Source: Acidobacteriota bacterium
GTDB taxonomy: Bacteria; Acidobacteriota; UBA6911; RPQK01; JAJDTT01
Reading direction: 5' to 3'
NCBI GenBank assembly: GCA_965263035.1
Contig: OZ253580.1
Coordinates: forward strand, 3,136,001-3,200,000
DNA: 64,000 bases
Notes under the pieces: generated by a model
The model's database searches: none
Seen by the model: only the letters and a program-made list of their open reading frames with translations
What the model was told of the DNA's origin: nothing
Position numbers and translations under genes: made by a program
In this document: positions 60,269 through 64,000 of the stretch, in pieces
How positions within the stretch are numbered: position 1 is the stretch's first letter
How the letters are laid out: each line of letters begins with the position of its first letter

Positions 60269-60952
60269 CTAATCGGGTGTCTTTCGGATCTTCAGGTGCT
60301 TGCGGATCCAGCTCTGGTCCTGCAGTTTGATGTCGTAGTCCTTCCGCAACGGAAATCCATGCCAGTCGTCGGGAAGGAGAATCCGTTTCATGTCGGGATG
60401 GCCGGAGAACAGAATCCCGAACATGTCGTAGACTTCCCGTTCCAGCCAGTCGGCGGTCTTCCAGATGGAGGTCATGGAGGGAACCGGATCGTCCTCCTTC
60501 ACCCGGCTCTTGAGGCGAACCAGCTTCTTGGTCGCGTAGGAATAGAGCTGGTAGACCATCAGGAACCGGTCCTGATCCCCCAGATAGTCCAGGGCCGAGA
60601 CGTCGATCAGGTAGTCGAAAGGCGATTCGGGATGGTCGCGCAGGGCGAGCATGACGTCGTAGAGGACGCCCGGCGTCACGGTGTAGATGCTCTGGCCCAG
60701 GAAAGACTGTCCCGAGAGGATCTCGCCCGGAAACTCCTCCCTCAGGCTTTCCAGGACCGCATCGTCCTTCAGGTCTTCGTAGCTCGGCCCCTTCTTTCTC
60801 CTTTTCCGAAGCGGCCGCTTGCGAAGAGGCCGCTTGCGAACCGGCCGCTTCCGCGCGGGACGGGCAGCCCGGGTCCTGGGGCGCCGCGCCAGCTTCGGCT
60901 TCTCGCCGTCTGAGTTGGTCTTCTTCGCCCTGGTCTCGTCGTCCATTTTCAA
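60269..60952 (-). CDS. nuoC: Complex I subunit C with Arg/Lys-rich N-terminal extension
   Basis: [24 protein letters not shown]. Confidence 0.95.
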   Translation of the reverse strand: MKMDDETRAKKTNSDGEKPKLARRPRTRAARPARKRPVRKRPLRKRPLRKRRKKGPSYEDLKDDAVLESLREEFPGEILSGQSFLGQSIYTVTPGVLYDVMLALRDHPESPFDYLIDVSALDYLGDQDRFLMVYQLYSYATKKLVRLKSRVKEDDPVPSMTSIWKTADWLEREVYDMFGILFSGHPDMKRILLPDDWHGFPLRKDYDIKLQDQSWIRKHLKIRKTPD

Positions 60953-60982
60953 GAGGGGTTGGGAAGGGCTTCCCGGGGGAAG

Positions 60983-61471
60983 CTAGCTGGCCCGCGGCTC
61001 CGGCTTGTCCGTGATACTCATCAGATCGATCTTGTCCTGAAGCCGCATGAGCCCGTACAGGAGCGCCTCCGGCCGCGGCGGGCACCCTGGAATGTACACG
61101 TCCACCGGTATGACTTTATCCACGCCCTGCAAGGTCGAATAGGTGTCGAAAGGGCCGCCGGCGCTGGAGCAGGCCCCCATGGAGATGACCCACTTGGGAT
61201 CCGGCATCTGCTCGTAGAGCCGCTGGATCACCTCGGCCATCTTCAGGGTTACGGTTCCGGCCACGATGATCAGGTCGGACTGGCGCGGCGAGGGCCGGAA
61301 AATGCCGGCTCCGAACCGGTCCATGTCGAATCGGGAGGCGCCGGTCGCCATCATCTCGATGGCGCAGCAGGCCAGACCGAAAGTCATGGGCCAGAGGGAG
61401 GACTTCCGAGCCCAGTTGAAGACCGAGTCGGCCGTCGTGGTGATGACGTTCTTCTCTATGCTCCGGTCCAT
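60983..61471 (-). CDS. nuoB: Complex I subunit B
   Basis: [27 protein letters not shown]. Confidence 0.97.
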   Translation of the reverse strand: MDRSIEKNVITTTADSVFNWARKSSLWPMTFGLACCAIEMMATGASRFDMDRFGAGIFRPSPRQSDLIIVAGTVTLKMAEVIQRLYEQMPDPKWVISMGACSSAGGPFDTYSTLQGVDKVIPVDVYIPGCPPRPEALLYGLMRLQDKIDLMSITDKPEPRAS

Positions 61472-61571
61472 GTTTCGACCTCGGTCGGGTTGATCCGAAA
61501 CGGTCTGGGAGCCAGTGGTGAAAGTCCCGCTCCGCCCCGGTCGGGTTCAGCGGGTTTTGTACCATGGGCCC

Positions 61572-61931
61572 CTATGCCCATTCCAGTGCGCCCTTTTTCC
61601 ACACGTAGAAATACCCCACGATCAGGATCCCCAGGAACACGACCATTTCGATGAATCCGAAGAGGGCCAGCTTGCCGTAGATGACCGCCCAGGGAAAGAG
61701 GAAGATCGTCTCCACGTCGAAGATGACGAAGAGGATGGCGATGATGTAGAAGCGCACCGAAAATCGGCCTCTGGCGTCGTCGATGGGGTCGACGCCGCAT
61801 TCGTAGGGCATCAATTTTTCGGCAGTGGGCAGATGGGGCCGAAGGAGCCTTCCCACCAGCAGTCCCACGACGGGAAGGGTGATGGCCACCAGGATGAAGA
61901 TCAATATGGGAATGTAGGATCCGAGCACCAC
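61572..61931 (-). CDS. nuoA: Complex I subunit A
   Basis: PYECG, FVIFDVE, WKKGALEW. Confidence 0.96.
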   Translation of the reverse strand: MVLGSYIPILIFILVAITLPVVGLLVGRLLRPHLPTAEKLMPYECGVDPIDDARGRFSVRFYIIAILFVIFDVETIFLFPWAVIYGKLALFGFIEMVVFLGILIVGYFYVWKKGALEWA

Positions 61932-61982
61932 TAACTCCTTGGGGAGAGTCCCATCCGGGACCCGTTCGCCGTACGGGTGCCT

Positions 61983-61991
61983 ATTCTAGCA
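61983..61991 (-). promoter_or_regulatory. Putative extended -10 for the nuo operon (TGCTAGAAT)
   Basis: TGnTAGAAT about 50 nt upstream of nuoA. Confidence 0.5.
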
Positions 61992-62145
61992 GACCGAATC
62001 CCGGCGTTCGACAAATCGCTTGAGGACTGTCGTTAGTACGTGTTTGCATCCGGAGAAGACCCTGCCCCGAACTCGCGAAGAGATCCCGGACCGGTGTGAG
62101 TTGGCGGGAGGCCGCGAGCTCCGCGGACATCATCTCTCCCTACGG

Positions 62146-62595
62146 CTACAGATTTTGGAGATACGTGAAATTGAAAGCGGCTTCTTCTCCCTTCTGTAGA
62201 GCGGCACTGTAAAGCTCGAGGTCGACGGTGATCAGTGGCCTTTTCGCCGAGACGACTCCCAAGAGCCCGGCGTCGGTCAGCCCCAGCCGAGTGAAAGCGG
62301 CATTGTCCGCTGCAGTTGTGCTGGTGACGATGATCTCGTGGCTGATTTCGATGAGCTTTCGGAGTTGCTCTAGAAATCGAGTGTCTTCACGCTGTTCGAG
62401 ATGGTTGGACGCTTCGGTGAGCGTATTCGGAGTAACGAATATCCGGACGTCCTGGATTACCGTTACCAGGCGGTCGTAATCTTCCGGAACAAATGTCCGG
62501 GTCCGGCGATGTTTCGTTACCAGCCTTCGGTCTACTGATCCGACCACAAGGAGGACGAGAAGGTTTGCGTCGATGAACGCTTCGGTGAGACGCAT
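62146..62595 (-). CDS. PIN-domain protein
   Basis: FIDAN, TP..L.E, GLTDA, T.D..L acidic PIN pattern. Confidence 0.78.
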   Translation of the reverse strand: MRLTEAFIDANLLVLLVVGSVDRRLVTKHRRTRTFVPEDYDRLVTVIQDVRIFVTPNTLTEASNHLEQREDTRFLEQLRKLIEISHEIIVTSTTAADNAAFTRLGLTDAGLLGVVSAKRPLITVDLELYSAALQKGEEAAFNFTYLQNL

Positions 62596-62599
62596 TGGG

Positions 62600-62869
62600 T
62601 CAGTTCGAAGCCGTCAGAGTGCGATGCGTCACGGATCGAACTTCACCAGAGAGGTCATCGACATGAACGATCTTGAAAGTTCGTTCGGTGTTCAGGGGGA
62701 GTAGAAACGACGGTCGAACAAAGCTGATGGTTACTTTCCAGGTAGGTGGTCCCTCCGTAAACCTGATCTCTTCCAGCCTTGGATCCCGGATATTTTCACC
62801 CGCAAAAATTGTGACGATGCTCTCCTTCGCTTTTTTCACGGCTTCTCTCACGTCCATTCGGCCGTTCAT
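62600..62869 (-). CDS. Small hypothetical protein paired with the PIN gene
   Basis: GGAGGAAGGAG SD; MDV.EAV..AK...LEE....W.VT..F; 4-bp gap to the PIN gene. Confidence 0.72.
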   Translation of the reverse strand: MNGRMDVREAVKKAKESIVTIFAGENIRDPRLEEIRFTEGPPTWKVTISFVRPSFLLPLNTERTFKIVHVDDLSGEVRSVTHRTLTASN

Positions 62870-63020
62870 GGTTCCACCATCTCCTTCCTCCAGCCGCACA
62901 TTTCATTCTCTCACCTCCCTAACGACGAGACCACTGGGATCATGAGCAGTATTTGAAACCGAGAACTTTCGGCATTTCGAAAGCCCATTTCCATATGCCG
63001 GCACCTGATCCCAGCCTCCG

Positions 63021-63124
63021 CCAGCCCGGCGGTACGGCGTAATCCGGTCGATATTGCAGGGCCTCCGTCGCCAATTCTTTGCCCTCCTTCAGTGGTAGCC
63101 GACCACATCGATAACGGTGACCGA
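63021..63124 (-). pseudogene. Relic of a higB-higA toxin-antitoxin junction
   Basis: SVTVIDVVGYH* (63089-63124), AAGGAGG SD, then TTG-ATEALQYRPDYAVPPGW (63021-63074); similarity lost on both sides; family match is from recall. Confidence 0.6.
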
Positions 63125-63280
63125 ACCAAGGGTCTACATCTCCTTCGGCTGCGTGTGGCCTTGGGCCAAGGAAACGAATTGCATCAACCCTGACGCGCTT
63201 CGGGTTTGTCTTCCACTGACATGTACAAGCTTGGGGAGGTGGTGTTCTGGAAGGATGAAATAATTTCTCCGTATTATAAG

Positions 63281-63310
63281 TTGAATAATATCGTAATTTC
63301 TCTCTATAAT
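63281..63310 (+). promoter_or_regulatory. Sigma70-type promoter with overlapping direct repeats
   Basis: TTGAAT-18 bp-TATAAT in an AT-rich patch; TAATTTCTC at 63261 and 63294. Confidence 0.65.
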
Positions 63311-63329
63311 AAGGGTATTATGAAAGGCC

Positions 63330-64000
63330 ATGGAAACCGCTCTTCCTCGCCTCAGACAAGTCTTCGGTGAGCAACTCACCGACTCGGTTCGCGCACCCCT
63401 ACCCGCACACACCCGCCGCCGCCTCTTCCGCCGCGTGCAGCTTCCCGGCAAGGTCACGGCGATCGTCGGGATGCGCGGCGCCGGAAAGACCACCTTCCTG
63501 CATCAGATCCGCCGCGAACGTATCGACCGGGGCGTCCCCCGGGAGCGGCTGCCTTACCTTACCTTCGAGGATGAGCGCCTCGCCGGCGTCGAAGCCTCTC
63601 ACCTCGCGGTGCTGGTCAGCGAGTACCATCGCCGGTTTCCGCAAGCCTACGACGACGGTGCAACCGTTACCTGGTTTCTCGATGGGATACAGGCGGTGCC
63701 CGGATGGGAGCGGTTCGTCAGGCGGATCCTGGACACCGAACGAAGCGAGGTGTTCGTCACCGGATCGTCCGCCGCACTGTTCTCGCCGGAGAGCGCCACT
63801 CCGCTTCGGGGCCGGGCGTGGCAGCTCCTGATCCATCCCTTCAGCTTCGAGGAAGCGCTTCTCCGTCAGGGACGATCCGTCCCGGAAGGAACGCCTGTCG
63901 CCCTGCTGACGGGCCGCGAGCACTGGAAGCTGGAACGGGCGTTGTTGGATTGGCTCGAAACCGGCGGCTTTCCGGCGGTGCAGGGACTCGATCCGGCGAC
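63330..64000 (+). CDS. AAA_14/DUF4143-type ATP-binding protein (3'-truncated by window edge; not in ORF track)
   Basis: Read manually: GMRGAGKTT, FEDERL, FLDGIQ.VPGW, TGSSA, LRGR, PFSF.E, GGFP. Confidence 0.85.
   Translation, partial: METALPRLRQVFGEQLTDSVRAPLPAHTRRRLFRRVQLPGKVTAIVGMRGAGKTTFLHQIRRERIDRGVPRERLPYLTFEDERLAGVEASHLAVLVSEYHRRFPQAYDDGATVTWFLDGIQAVPGWERFVRRILDTERSEVFVTGSSAALFSPESATPLRGRAWQLLIHPFSFEEALLRQGRSVPEGTPVALLTGREHWKLERALLDWLETGGFPAVQGLDPA

Noticed and set aside
59304-61085. Long alternative-frame and antisense ORFs (e.g. 593 aa here, 46327-48021, 52874-54547, 24109-25689)
   Set aside because: Typical high-GC shadow ORFs overlapping well-supported genes; low complexity and no motifs
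1-64000. CRISPR array, tRNA/rRNA, integrase, transposase, reverse transcriptase
   Set aside because: No regularly spaced repeats, cloverleaf/rRNA signatures or such protein motifs were seen by eye

Overview
GC-rich bacterial chromosome segment, most consistent with Acidobacteriota (inferred from gene order and protein families, not verified). 1-19.3 kb is accessory/metabolic: a PQQ beta-propeller, several Tat-exported sugar enzymes, a chimeric surface hydrolase, a sialidase-like gene between 28-bp direct repeats, thyA-folA-methyltransferase, AKR/SDR, a secreted EEP nuclease and DUF1501. 19.3-42.7 kb is housekeeping: ftsY, birA, nadC, valS, bamD, rpe, PASTA, rsmB, fmt, def, aroC, mlaEFD, pgsA-like, lolA/lolD-like and dnaK. 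42.7-62 kb is a minus-strand bioenergetic block: nuoABCDHIJKLMN (no nuoEFG), atpZ-I-B-E, and a CxxxY-type ccm operon with a nucleoside transporter embedded in it. The last 2 kb look like a decaying toxin-antitoxin hotspot: a PIN gene pair, a higBA relic and a degenerate AAA ATPase. Non-coding DNA carries at least four repeat families, including a MITE nested inside another MITE in the valS leader. No rRNA, tRNA, CRISPR array or transposase was seen. No single novel system is proven. The best leads are the EFG-less complex I with a poly-basic NuoC tail, nupC inside ccm, the nested MITEs, a candidate structured aroC leader RNA and the PIN gene pair.
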